DNA of 64,000 bases, from contig CAWHCF010000022.1 in the NCBI GenBank assembly GCA_963827655.1, positions 64,001 to 128,000 of the forward strand, written 5' to 3'. Below, in pieces: positions 10,233 to 20,892 of the stretch. The stretch is from an uncultured Acidobacteriota bacterium. Lineage in GTDB: Bacteria; Acidobacteriota; UBA6911. Both the position numbers and the translations under genes were made by a program. The notes beneath the pieces were generated by a model. That model was not told the origin of the DNA and made no database searches. It was given only the letters and a program-made list of their open reading frames with translations. Positions within the stretch are counted from its first letter, which is position 1. Each line of letters starts with the position of its first letter.

Positions 10233-10838
10233 ATGCCCCGCGCCGTTCTTCCTGTGTGTGCCCTGATCTGGATGGTGGCGATCGTACCGCCGGCGTCTGC
10301 GCAGTCGGGTGCCAAGCGAACTCCCGAACAGATAAAGGCGTCCTACGAGGCGCATAAGGGTGACTTCGACTACCTGCTCGGCGATTGGGACTTTACCGCG
10401 GCAAGTCAGGAGTTCGGAAAGTTCCGCGGTCGCTGGAGCGCCGTGCGCCTCGATGAGGGACAGATCCTGGACGAGTATCGCGTCATCGGCGACGCCGGCG
10501 AGACGTATTACGTAACCACGACGCTGCGCAACTACAACAGCGTCCTCGATCGGTGGGAGCTGGTAGGCGCTGACGCGGGAACCGGGCTGCAGAATATGGG
10601 CACCGGACGCAAGGTCGGCGCGGAAATGCATATCGAGCAGAAGTTCGGCGTGACCAGCGATAAGCCCTCGATCTGGAAGATCCGCTATTACAACATCCGG
10701 CCGGATAGCTTTTCCTGGTCCGCCGACCGCTCCATGGATGGTGGAAAAACCTGGGTCAAGAATTTCCAGACCATCGAGGCCCGCCGCACCGGCCCGCCAC
10801 GTTCCCTGGGTGCGCTCGCCCCGGCGAAGAAACCGTAA
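10233..10838 (+). CDS. Secreted hypothetical protein (DUF1579-like)
   Basis: GGAGG RBS; signal peptide ending ASA-Q; DFDYLLGDW...SMDGGKTW. Confidence 0.65.
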   Translation: MPRAVLPVCALIWMVAIVPPASAQSGAKRTPEQIKASYEAHKGDFDYLLGDWDFTAASQEFGKFRGRWSAVRLDEGQILDEYRVIGDAGETYYVTTTLRNYNSVLDRWELVGADAGTGLQNMGTGRKVGAEMHIEQKFGVTSDKPSIWKIRYYNIRPDSFSWSADRSMDGGKTWVKNFQTIEARRTGPPRSLGALAPAKKP

Positions 10839-12800
10839 TGAGCGAGAATCCGCAGGACCGCAGTTCCTCTCCAGATGTGAAATCCGCCGCCGAGAAGATC
10901 CGGCGCATGATCCGGCCCGAGGCGCTCAAGAAAAATGAGCCGCTGTTCTGGGCGCCGGGACTGGGCACCGAAGTGTGGGAGATGTTCTGTGCCGCGATCG
11001 CGGGAGACCTGGAAACCACGAAGCGGCTGCTCGACAAGGATCCGTCGCTCGTGCGCTCCGCATACGAATACCGCACGCCTCTGTCCTTCGCCGTCCGGGA
11101 GAATCAGGTCGAGGTCGCCGCGTTCTTGCTGAAGCGCGGCGCCGACCCGGTAAACTCGGGGACCCCGGACACGCTGCTCCAGATCGCTCGCGACCGGGAA
11201 TATGACGGGATGCAGAAGCTGCTGGAAGCCGCGCTCGCCGGCGCGAATGAAGCGGCGCCCAGAGGCGCAGCCATCGCAGCGGCGATCCGGGAGCGCGACC
11301 TGGCAAAAGTGCGAAGCATGCTCGACGCCTCGCCAGGAGGTCGTGCATGCCGTCGATGAGCGGACGAATCAGCCGATTCACTGGGCTGTGATGACGCGCC
11401 AGCCCGACATGATCGACGAGTTGCTGGCGCGCGGCGCGGACATCAACGCGCGGCGCTCCGACGGCGCGCGTCCGATCCAGCTCACCAATGGCGACTACAT
11501 GTATCGCGGCTGGCGCGACGTGCCCAAAGACACCGCGACCACGCCTCGAGAGGTGCTCGCGCACCTCCGTGCCCGCGGCGCGTACTGCGACATCTGCACG
11601 GCGGCGTACATAGGGGATCTCGAACGCGTGCGAGAGCTGCTCGATGAGGACCCAGCGCTGGCCAATCGACCGTCGGACTACGTCACCTATTACGCGTGCT
11701 CCGGGACGCCGCTGCGCAATGCGGCTGCAGGCGGACACATCGAGATCGTGAAGCTGTTGCTGGACCGTCACGCCGATCCGAATCTCCCCGAGGAGGGGAT
11801 CGCGCCGCGCGGCCACGCGCTCTATTCCGCCGTATATAACGGCCATCACGAGATCGCCAGGCTGCTGCTGGAAAACGGCGCGTACCCGAACGCGGAGGTG
11901 GAAAGCTCCGCCGACGCGCTGAGCATTGCCATCATGAATTCCGACCAGCGGATGATCGATCTGCTCTGCTCTTACGGCGCCGCACGCCCGGTGCATCTCC
12001 TGGCTCACTACGGCGATATCCGCACCGCCGCCGCCGTTTTCGCAGCCAACCCGGCACTGGCCGACGACCCGGACGCTCTGGGCAGCGCGGCCGGACACGA
12101 GGGCTTCGTTCGCTTGATGCTGCGCTACCAGCCTGACTTGCCCCGACGCGTCGCCGTGGCCGCCAAGACGCCCGCATTGACCGAGCTCCTGTTCGAGCAC
12201 GGCATGAATCCAAGCCTGCCGGACTGGCTGCGGGTCACGCCGCTGCACCGCTTCGCAGAAAAAGGGCACATCGAGAATGCCGCCCTCTTCATCGACCATG
12301 GAGCCGACCTGCATGCGCGCGATGAGGAATTCCGCTCGACGCCGCTGGGGTATGCGGCCAAGTACGGCAAGACCCTCATGGTTGAATTTCTCCTGAGACG
12401 CGGCGCCAAGCCGCGCCTGCCGGACGATCCACCCTGGGCCACTCCGCTGGCCTGGGCGATCCGGCGCGGGCATGACAGAATTGCGCAAACGCTGAAACAG
12501 TACGAGGAAGAGGGAGCATTGCGCGCGCGGCCGCTGGAGCAGTATGAGTCCTTGGCAAAGGACCTCATCGAAGCCTACGGCTCGGGCGATGCCGTGTCGT
12601 TGCGCCGGCTCGAAGAGCACTTCCAGCCCGAGCGCGCGTTAACCTGGGAGCAACTGCGCCGGAATACGCGCCAGCGGTTAGGCAAGCCGGCCGATTCAGA
12701 GAATGGAAGCGACACCCTGGCTCTGGCCGAAGCTCAGCTCCTGATCGCCCGCTCGCACGGCTTCGAGAGCTGGCCCGAGCTGGCGAAAGACGGAGGATGA
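10838..12800 (+). CDS. Ankyrin-repeat protein; apparent frameshift near 11335
   Basis: Repeated TPLxxAA..G..EIVKLLL..GAD motifs over ORFs 10838-11359 and 11202-12800; TAATG overlap with upstream gene. Confidence 0.85.
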
Positions 12801-12807
12801 TCAGCGC

Positions 12808-15800
12808 ATGGCGAGGCGCAATCGCGAAATCCGTGAACCCCAGGATCCCCTGTGGTACAAAGACGCGATCATCTACGAGCTTCACGTTCGAGCTTTCTTC
12901 GACTCAAACGGCGATGGCATCGGCGACTTTCAGGGCCTCACGGAAAAGCTCGACTACCTCCGGGATCTCGGGATCACGGCTCTGTGGCTGCTCCCTTTCT
13001 ATCCCTCTCCGCTCAAGGATGACGGCTACGACATTGCCGATTACACCGGCATACACCCCTCTTACGGCGACCTGCGCGACTTCACTACCTTCCTGAAGGA
13101 GGCGCACCGGCGGGGGCTCTATGTGATCACGGAGCTGGTCGTCAACCATACTTCGGATCAGCACCCATGGTTCCAGCGCGCCCGGCGCGCAAAGCCATCG
13201 AGCCGGGCACGCGACTTCTACGTCTGGAGTGAGACCCCGGACCGGTACCGGGAAACCCGGATCATATTCAAGGATTTCGAGTCCTCCAATTGGGCCTGGG
13301 ACCCGGTGGCCCACGCCTACTACTGGCATCGCTTCTACTCGCATCAGCCGGACCTCAACTTCGACAACCCGGAGGTTCACCAGGCCGTTTTCGAAACGCT
13401 CGACTTCTGGCTCGGCCTCGGGGTTGATGGGGTTCGCCTGGACGCCGTGCCCTATCTCTATGAACGCGAGGGGACGAACTGCGAAAATCTTCCGGAGACT
13501 CACGAATTTCTGCGCGCGCTGCGGCACCACGTCGATCAACGCTTTCCCAATCGCATGATCCTGGCCGAAGCCAACCAGTGGCCCGAAGATGCCGTCGCGT
13601 ATTTCGGCGCCGGGGACGAGTGCCACATGGCCTTCTACTTTCCCCTCATGCCGCGGCTCTTCATGGGAATCCGAATGGAAGATCGCTTTCCGATCACCGA
13701 CATTCTCGAGCAGACTCCGTCGATTCCGGAGGTGTGCCAGTGGGCGGTGTTCCTGCGCAACCACGATGAGCTGACTCTCGAAATGGTGACCGACGAGGAG
13801 CGCGACTACATGTACCGCGTCTACGCGCATGACCCGAAGGCCAAGATCAATCTGGGAATCCGCCGCCGGCTGGCGCCTCTCCTCGGCAACGACCGCCGTC
13901 GCATCGAGCTCATGAATTCCCTCCTTATCTCGCTCTCGGGCACGCCCGTGATTTACTACGGGGACGAGATCGGGATGGGAGAAAACATCTACCTGGGCGA
14001 CCGCAATGGAGTCCGGACTCCCATGCAGTGGAGCGCCGACCGGAACGCGGGCTTTTCCCGAGCTAACCCCCAAAAGCTCTACCTTCCCGTCATCATCGAT
14101 CCCGAGTACCACGCCGAGACGATCAACGTGGAAGCGCACCTGAATAATCCTCACTCGCTGCTCTGGTGGATGCGCCGTCTGCTGGCGCTGCGAAAGCGGC
14201 ACAAAGCCCTGGGCCGCGGGACCCTCGAATTGCTTCATCCTGAAAACCGAAAGGTGCTGGCCTTTCTCCGCAGGTATGGTGACGAAACCCTCCTCGTCGT
14301 CGCCAATCTCTCGCGCTTTGTCCAGCACGTGGAACTTGACCTGCCGCTATTCCAGGGCGCCGTCCCGGTCGAGCTCTTCGGGCAAACCGATTTCCCGCGC
14401 CTGTCGAACCATCCGTACTTCTTGAGCCTGGGCCCGCACGGTTTTTACTGGTTCGCCCTGCGACCCGATCCTGCCATCCGCGGCAAGACGGATATCACAG
14501 GCTCCGCGACCGCGCTGCCGTCCCTGGTGGTCGCGGAACACTGGCAGAGTATTCTCGAGCGACCCGCGCGGGCTTCGCTGGAAGAACTTCTCCCCGATTA
14601 TCTGCAGGCGCGGCGCTGGTTCGGAGGCGAGGCGCGCTCCATCAAGTCGGCCCAGATCCAGGCGGCGCTTCCACTGGCGCAACTCGACGCAGGCTGTATC
14701 GCCCTCGTCCGGGTCGAGTTCAGGGAAGGAGAACCGCACATCTATGCGTTGCCGCTGGCCTTTGTCAAGGGAAGCCGGGCGGATCAACTCCGGAGCCGTC
14801 TGCCCCAGGCGATCATCGCCGAACTCAAAGTTCAGGACCAGGGCGAAGAGGGCGTCCTGGTTGATGCCCTGAAGGATCGTGATTTCTGTTTCGCCTTACT
14901 CGATATCATGGCGCGCCGGCGCACCATTCGGGGGGCGGCGGGTCAGCTGGCCGGGATTTCCACTCCGGCGTTTAAGGGTCTCATTCAGGACGGCACCGAA
15001 TCCCTCGAGCCTTCCGCTGACCGGGTCGAACTGAGCAACAACTCAGTCGTCTTCAGCAACCGCTTCATCATGAAATTTTTCCGGCGCCTGGAACCCGGTG
15101 TGAATCCGGACCTGGAGATCGGCCGTTTTCTGACGGACAAAGGCTTTGCCCATACGCCGCCGGTGGTCGGCGCCCTGGAATACCGCGAAAGCAAAGGCGA
15201 ACCGATGACACTGGCAGTCATTCAAAGTTTCATCCCCTACAGCCAGGATGCGTGGCAATTCACGCTTGAGGCTCTGGGCCGGTATTACGAGCGGGTTTTG
15301 GCACGCCAGGACCCGTCTCCCGCGCCCGTGCCGAAGGAGCCGATTCTCGACCTGATTGTCGCCGAGACTCATCCCCTGGCTCAGGAGATGATTGGAACTT
15401 ACCTGGAATTCGCGCGGCTGATCGGCCGGCGCACCGCTGAGCTTCATGTAGCTCTGGCATCCGGGGGTGAAGATCCTGATTTTGCCCCCGAGCCTTTCAC
15501 TGCGCTCTATCAGCGTTCCATGTACCAGTCGATGCGCACGACTGCCGGCCAGGCGCTCGCGCGACTGAGGCAGCGGCTTTCCACGCTACCCGACGGACTG
15601 CGGGCAGAAGCGCAACGAGTATTCAGCCTGAGCGGACAGGTTCTCCAGCGCTATCGGATCGTGCTCGAACGAAAAATCGCAGCCGCAAGGATCCGGTGCC
15701 ACGGGGACTACCACCTCGGCCAGTTGCTTTACACCGGGAAGGACTTCGTGATCATCGACTTCGAGGGGGATCCGGCCCGCCCGATCGGTGAGCGGCGCCT

Positions 15801-16162
15801 GAAGCGCACACCGCTGCGCGACGTGGCCGGCATGCTGCGCTCCTTCGGTTATGCGGCTCACGCCGCATTGCTGGAGTTGCAGGCCCGGGGCCTGGAACAC
15901 CGGAATGTCGGCACCATCGAGTCCTGGGCGCGCTTGTGGCATAACTGCGGTCTCGATCGCTTTTCTCAAAGAATACCTGCGAATTGCCGATACCGGAGCC
16001 CTGCTTCCTTCGCCCCGCGAGGACTTGCTGGCCCTGCTTGAGGTACTGCTTCTCGACAACGCTTTCTACGAGTTAGGTTGGCAACTGAACCACCGCCCCG
16101 AGTGGCTGGCCATTCCTCTTCGCGCAATTATCGAACTGGTCCAAGGGCCATCGAGGGGATGA
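12808..16162 (+). CDS. treS: Trehalose synthase TreS fused to maltokinase (Pep2/Mak)-like domain; apparent frameshift near 15945
   Basis: WYKDAIIYELHVRAF; LVVNHTSDQH; RLDAVPY; LAEANQW; FLRNHDE; C-terminal RCHGDYHLGQ..IIDFEG; tail FYELGWQLNHRPEW in next frame. Confidence 0.92.
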
Positions 16163-16166
16163 GCAC

Positions 16167-16204
16167 TTCTTGGTGTTTCTTCGTGTCTTTGTGTCTCGGT
16201 GGTT
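16167..16204. repeat. Nonamer-unit intergenic repeat (CTTCGTGTC-like units ending GTGGTT)
   Basis: ttcttggtgtttcttcgtgtctttgtgtctcggtggtt; about 14 related copies in the window. Confidence 0.75.
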
Positions 16205-16223
16205 AGAGCTGGCTATCAAATTA

Positions 16224-16661
16224 TCATCTTCCCTGCGCCTGATCCCCGCGCAGGGTCAGACATGTGCTGCTGGCCCTCGCGATGAGCCGTCCTCGATCGT
16301 CGGTCACGGAGCATTCCACGAGACCGACAGTTCGCCCACGCGTGACAACGCGCGCTTCGGCCGTCAGGGTTGCGCGCCACACCGGCCGGAGAAAATTGAT
16401 CTTGAGCTCTAGCGTTGTGAAGGACTCATCCTGAGCGAGAGTGCTCGCATAGGCAAGGCCCATCGCGGCGTCGGTCAGGTCGCACAGGACCCCACCGTGG
16501 ATCGTTCCCATCGGGTTTGCGTGACGTTCCGGTTCCGATTCCATCGTGCATGTCACCTCGCCCGGTTCCGCCTTGGTAATCTTGAAACCAATCAGCACCG
16601 CCACCGGCGGTGGAGGCAGTTCGCCCGACATCATGAGCCGGATGCGCTCGAGCATCACCAT
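16224..16661 (-). CDS. PaaI-family thioesterase
   Basis: NPMGTIHGGVLCDLTDAAMG; TLELKINFLRP. Confidence 0.9.
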   Translation of the reverse strand: MVMLERIRLMMSGELPPPPVAVLIGFKITKAEPGEVTCTMESEPERHANPMGTIHGGVLCDLTDAAMGLAYASTLAQDESFTTLELKINFLRPVWRATLTAEARVVTRGRTVGLVECSVTDDRGRLIARASSTCLTLRGDQAQGR

Positions 16662-16664
16662 CTC

Positions 16665-18118
16665 TTATTTCCCGCTTCCCCACCGAGGCTCAACCATCTG
16701 GCGGTTCAGGCGCTCCGCCGCAGCGCGCAGTTCGCGCGCCAGGTCGGGTCTTTGCTGCGCAAGGTTCCTGCTTTCGGCAACATCGTCAGCCAGATCGAAA
16801 AGCTCGAACGTAGCCGATCGCCCATCCCTGTCGAATTGTTGCACGAGTTTCCAGTCGCCCCTGCGCAGCGCCATATTCCGGCCATAGCGCCAGAAGAGCA
16901 CTTCGTGGGGCGAGTCCGTCCGTTGCCCGGTGAGGTACGGGAGAAGGTCGACGCCGTCGAGCGCAGCGTGACTCGAAACGTCCCGGCCAACAGCAGCCAT
17001 TACGGTGCCGAAGACGTCGAGAGAAATTACCGGCTTGCGAAAAACCTGGCCCCCGGGCAACCGTCCCTTCCATTGCATCAGAAAAGGAACCCGAATGCCT
17101 CCTTCCCACAGCTGGCCTTTGCCCCCGCGCAAGGGTGTGTTGCTCGAGGTAAGCTCGGCTGTCGGACCCCCATTGTCGCTCAGGAAAAACACGATCGTGT
17201 CCCGGTCCAGTTTCAGCTGGTTCAGTTGTTCCAGAACCGCGCCTACTCCCTCGTCGAGATTAGCGAGCATTGCCGCGAAAACGCGGCGGTGCAAGTTCTC
17301 AATGTGTCCGAACCGCGACATGTATTTCCCGGCCGCTTGCATCGGACTGTGGGGCGCGTTGTAAGCCAGATACAGAAAAAAGGGGTGGGCCTTGTGCCTC
17401 TCGATGAATGCCTTCGCCTCGCGGGTCAGAGCGTCGGTCAGATATTCGGTTTCGATGACCGCTTGCCCGCCGCGCAGGATTGGATTGTCCGCGTCGTAAG
17501 GCGGTTCGTCAGCGGGAAGGTGAGTGGACCAAATGATCTCCCCGTCTACTTTCCTGCCAAGAAACTCAGAGGGTAGCTGGCGGATCCGAAGAAAAGACGT
17601 CGCGCCCCGGTAGGGCGGCGGCAGATAGAAGTGTCCTTCGTGCAGAAAACCGTAAACCTCATCGAAGCCGCGCTTCTGTGGGTGATAGCCCGGCGTTCCC
17701 CCCAGATGCCACTTCCCGATGAGGCCCGTTGCGTAGCCAGCCGCCTTGAGCGCGTCCGCCAGAGTTACTTCGGAGAGCGGCAGCCCGACCTCGGGCTGGA
17801 GATTCTGCCGCCGATCGCATTAAGTTCGTGACCGAAGCGCGTCTGGTAGCGCCCCGTCAACAGCCCTGCGCGCGAGGGGCTGCAAACGGGTGCGGTGACG
17901 TGCCCATCCGTGAACCTGATCCCGTTACTCGCGATGGAATCAATATGGGGAGTCGGGATCTGGCGGTTTCCCTGACAGCCGAGCTCGCCGTACCCTAGAT
18001 CATCGGCGACGATCACAAGAATGTTCGGGCGGGACGCGGCTGCGTGGGCGACCGCTACCAGCCCAAGCGTGAGCGCGCAGTAGCCAAGAAATCTCTTCGC
18101 TGAGGACCGCCGCGTCAC
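16665..18118 (-). CDS. Sulfatase (Cys-type); apparent frameshift near 17790-17810
   Basis: [14 protein letters not shown]; [13 protein letters not shown]; GKWHLG; SDNGG; LWEGGIRVP. Confidence 0.88.
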
Positions 18119-18185
18119 TGGTTAGTTACTCTCCAGCTCTTTTTGAAGAGATCGCGACCGCCAGGAGGAAGGCGCAAGGGAGACT

Positions 18186-19569
18186 CTATCTCGCGCTTTG
18201 AGTTCTACGGTTGCGGTTCGGAATCCAACGCGGTTCCTCCAGCTCGGCATCCCATTTCTTCCATGCAGCTTCAAGCTTCTTCACCTTGCCGGGTTCCTTG
18301 TCGGCGAGATTGTTCTTTTCGCCGATGTCGGCGGCCAGATTGAAGAGCTGGGCTTCGGAGATCTGGGCGGGGCCTTGGCGGGGGAGCACGCCCGGTCCTG
18401 AATCCGGCGCTCTTACCAGCTTCCACTCCCCCATCCGGATGGCCATCTGCTGCCCGAAGCGCCAGTAAATCGCGTCGTGCGGCGCTTCTTTCTTTGAGCC
18501 TTTCAGGTATGGGAGAAGATTTACCCCGTCGAGCTTCCATTCCGGTTGGATCGGAACACCGCCTGCAGCAAGCGCCGTGGGGAGAAAGTCGAGCTGGATA
18601 ACCGGCTGGTCATATACTTTGCCGGCCGGCAGCTCTCCTTTCCACTGCATGATGAACGGCACACGAATGCCACCTTCCCAGGTCTGCGCCTTGTAGCCAC
18701 GCAAGGAACCGTTGCTCGAACCGTTGACCGGTGGGCCCCCGTTGTCGCTGACGAAGAAGATAAGGGTTTGTTCCTCCAGCTTGAGCGTCCTCAGTTTTTC
18801 GAGCACGGCGCCGATAGCCTCGTCCATCGCCCACATCATGGCGGCATAGGTCCGTCGGTTTTCGTCCTTTATCTCCTTGAAGCGGTCCAGATACTTCGGA
18901 GGAGCGTGCATCGGCGTATGCACTGCGTTGAATCCCAGGTAGAGAAACCAGGGGTCTTTCGAGTTGCGGTCGATGAAAGCGAGCGCCTCGCGCCTGAAAG
19001 CGTCGGTAAGATACTCCTGCTCGTCGACCGGCTGGATGCCGCGCAGAATGGGATTGGCCTTGTCGGCCCTGGCGTCGAAATAGGAATGAGCGCCGCCAAG
19101 GAAGCCGAAGTATTCGCTGAAGCCGCGCTTCATCGGATGGAACTCAGGTTCGTATCCCAGGTGCCATTTGCCGACCAGGGCTGTGACGTAGCCCGCCGCC
19201 TTGAGCCGGTCGGCCAGAGTCTTCTCAGTCAAGCGGCAAGCCAAAGTCCTTCTGTACCTGATCAGCCGGGCCGGGATTGAACTCATGCCCGAATCGTTGC
19301 TGGTAGCGTCCCGACATGAGAGCGGCGCGGGTGGGACTGCAATACGGACCGCTGACGTAGCCGCTGCTGCAGCGAACACCGTTTCTTGCCAGCGAGTCAA
19401 TGTTGGGCGTCGGGATATCCTTGGAGCCGTGCACGCCGATATCGCCATAACCCATGTCATCGCCGACGATGAGTAGTATGTTCGGCTTGCGCGCTTCGGC
19501 GGCCCAGCCATGCACCGCCATGGAGAATACAAGACCGACACAAAGCGCCAGGTAGCATCGATTTTTCAT
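18186..19569 (-). CDS. Sulfatase (Cys-type); apparent frameshift near 19230
   Basis: PNILLIVGDDMGYG; CSPTRAALMSGRY; GKWHLG; SDNGG; TWEGGIRVP. Confidence 0.9.
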
Positions 19570-19603
19570 GGGCGCCATTGTATCCCACCGGTCGCACAGA
19601 TTC

Positions 19604-20332
19604 TTAGTGTTTCTTCGTGTCTTTGAGTCTTTGTGGTCTTTGTTTTGCCGCGCAGTAAAAATGAATGACCAGCATGAGCCAGCAAGATCCAAGGCAGTAA
19701 CCTCCAATCACGTCGCTGGCCCAGTGCGCGCCGAGGTAGATGCGCGACAGGCCGACCAGGCTCAGCAGAGCGCCCAGGATCGTCATCAGAAAAGAACGGA
19801 GGCGTGAGCGTGGCATCAGCACATAGATCAGGTAAAAGAGAAAACCGTAAAGGGCCAGGTAACTCACTACATGACCCGAGGGAAAGCTCATGGTCCGATG
19901 GCTCACATAGATCTCAACGAGCTCCGCGGCCGGACGCGACCGGGCGATAATGAGCTTCAGTATGTTGGTGACCAGCGAGCCAATCCCCGCACTGGCCACC
20001 AGGCAACCTGCCTCCAATTTCAGACGCAGTATCAGCAACACGCAGGCGGCGCCTACCGTCACGATGAATCCGTGGAAACCATAACCCGGCCATGAGACCG
20101 CAATCATCAACCGTCGAACGCCGGGATGGGTAAACTGTTGTACGCGTTGAGTCACCCACAAATCGACGGCGAAGTAGGGGACGTAGGAGGCCGCGACGGC
20201 GAGTGACAGCGCTGACAACAGGAGCAAGAGCAAGAAACCCCAAAGAAGACGCCGGTGCCGGCGCATGATGCGCTCTCGTTCTCGGGCACGAGATGCTTCT
20301 TCAGGTTGTGATAGACCGGGGTCAGCTGTCAT
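19604..20332 (-). CDS. PAP2-family membrane phosphatase
   Basis: KLIIARSRP; SFPSGH; SRIYLGAHWASDV; C-terminus runs into a nonamer repeat. Confidence 0.88.
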   Translation of the reverse strand: MTADPGLSQPEEASRARERERIMRRHRRLLWGFLLLLLLSALSLAVAASYVPYFAVDLWVTQRVQQFTHPGVRRLMIAVSWPGYGFHGFIVTVGAACVLLILRLKLEAGCLVASAGIGSLVTNILKLIIARSRPAAELVEIYVSHRTMSFPSGHVVSYLALYGFLFYLIYVLMPRSRLRSFLMTILGALLSLVGLSRIYLGAHWASDVIGGYCLGSCWLMLVIHFYCAAKQRPQRLKDTKKH

Positions 20333-20412
20333 TTTAGTGTCTTCGTGACTTCGTGGCTAGAGCGGTCTAACCAATACCACGAACCCTCAAAGACACGAAG
20401 AAACACCAGGAA
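20333..20412. repeat. Nonamer-family inverted-pair element
   Basis: gtgtcttcgtgacttcgtgg ... ccacgaaccctcaaagacacgaagaaacacc in opposite orientations. Confidence 0.7.
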
Positions 20413-20462
20413 TCTTTGCCGAAGAAGCTTACCGGGAATCGAGGCAAACGCTAAGATAGTTG

Positions 20463-20492
20463 TTGACAGCGTATTCGCACTCAGAGTAAAAG
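20463..20492 (+). promoter_or_regulatory. Putative sigma70 promoter about 400 bp upstream of the surface-protein operon
   Basis: TTGACA-N18-TAAAAG (weak -10). Confidence 0.35.
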
Positions 20493-20892
20493 GTTGTTAC
20501 CCATGGGCAGGACGAGGCTTTTGAAGCCTTGGTTTAAGACCCACAGCAATTCCCCCAGCCCTGGCAGCCCCCAATTGTTTCCGCGCGAGAAGTTTCCGCG
20601 AGCGAGTGTAACTATGGATTGTGCCTCTGACATGACTCCGAGTTCTGAAAGCGATAGATGTCCGAGTCCTCCTGAGGTTTTCACACGGCGCACTCATTCC
20701 GGAATAGACCCAATGCGATATCTAAGCGCAATTGAACAAAACCAAAGGGACTTGCCGCGACGTCCGCAGCCAAAAGTAAAGGCTGGATGAAGCTACAGGA
20801 TGGAAGATGCCTCAAGCCTTTTCGCCTAGCTTTGCATCAACAGCTGGTTCTCATTCGCCGAAATTTGTCGGAAACCTTTGACGGAGCGAACT

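Noticed and set aside
12904-14328. Long antisense ORFs (also 10926-12620, 22271-23452, 25879-27156, 38566-39822, 45329-46708)
   Set aside because: Shadows of high-GC coding strands; no recognisable motifs
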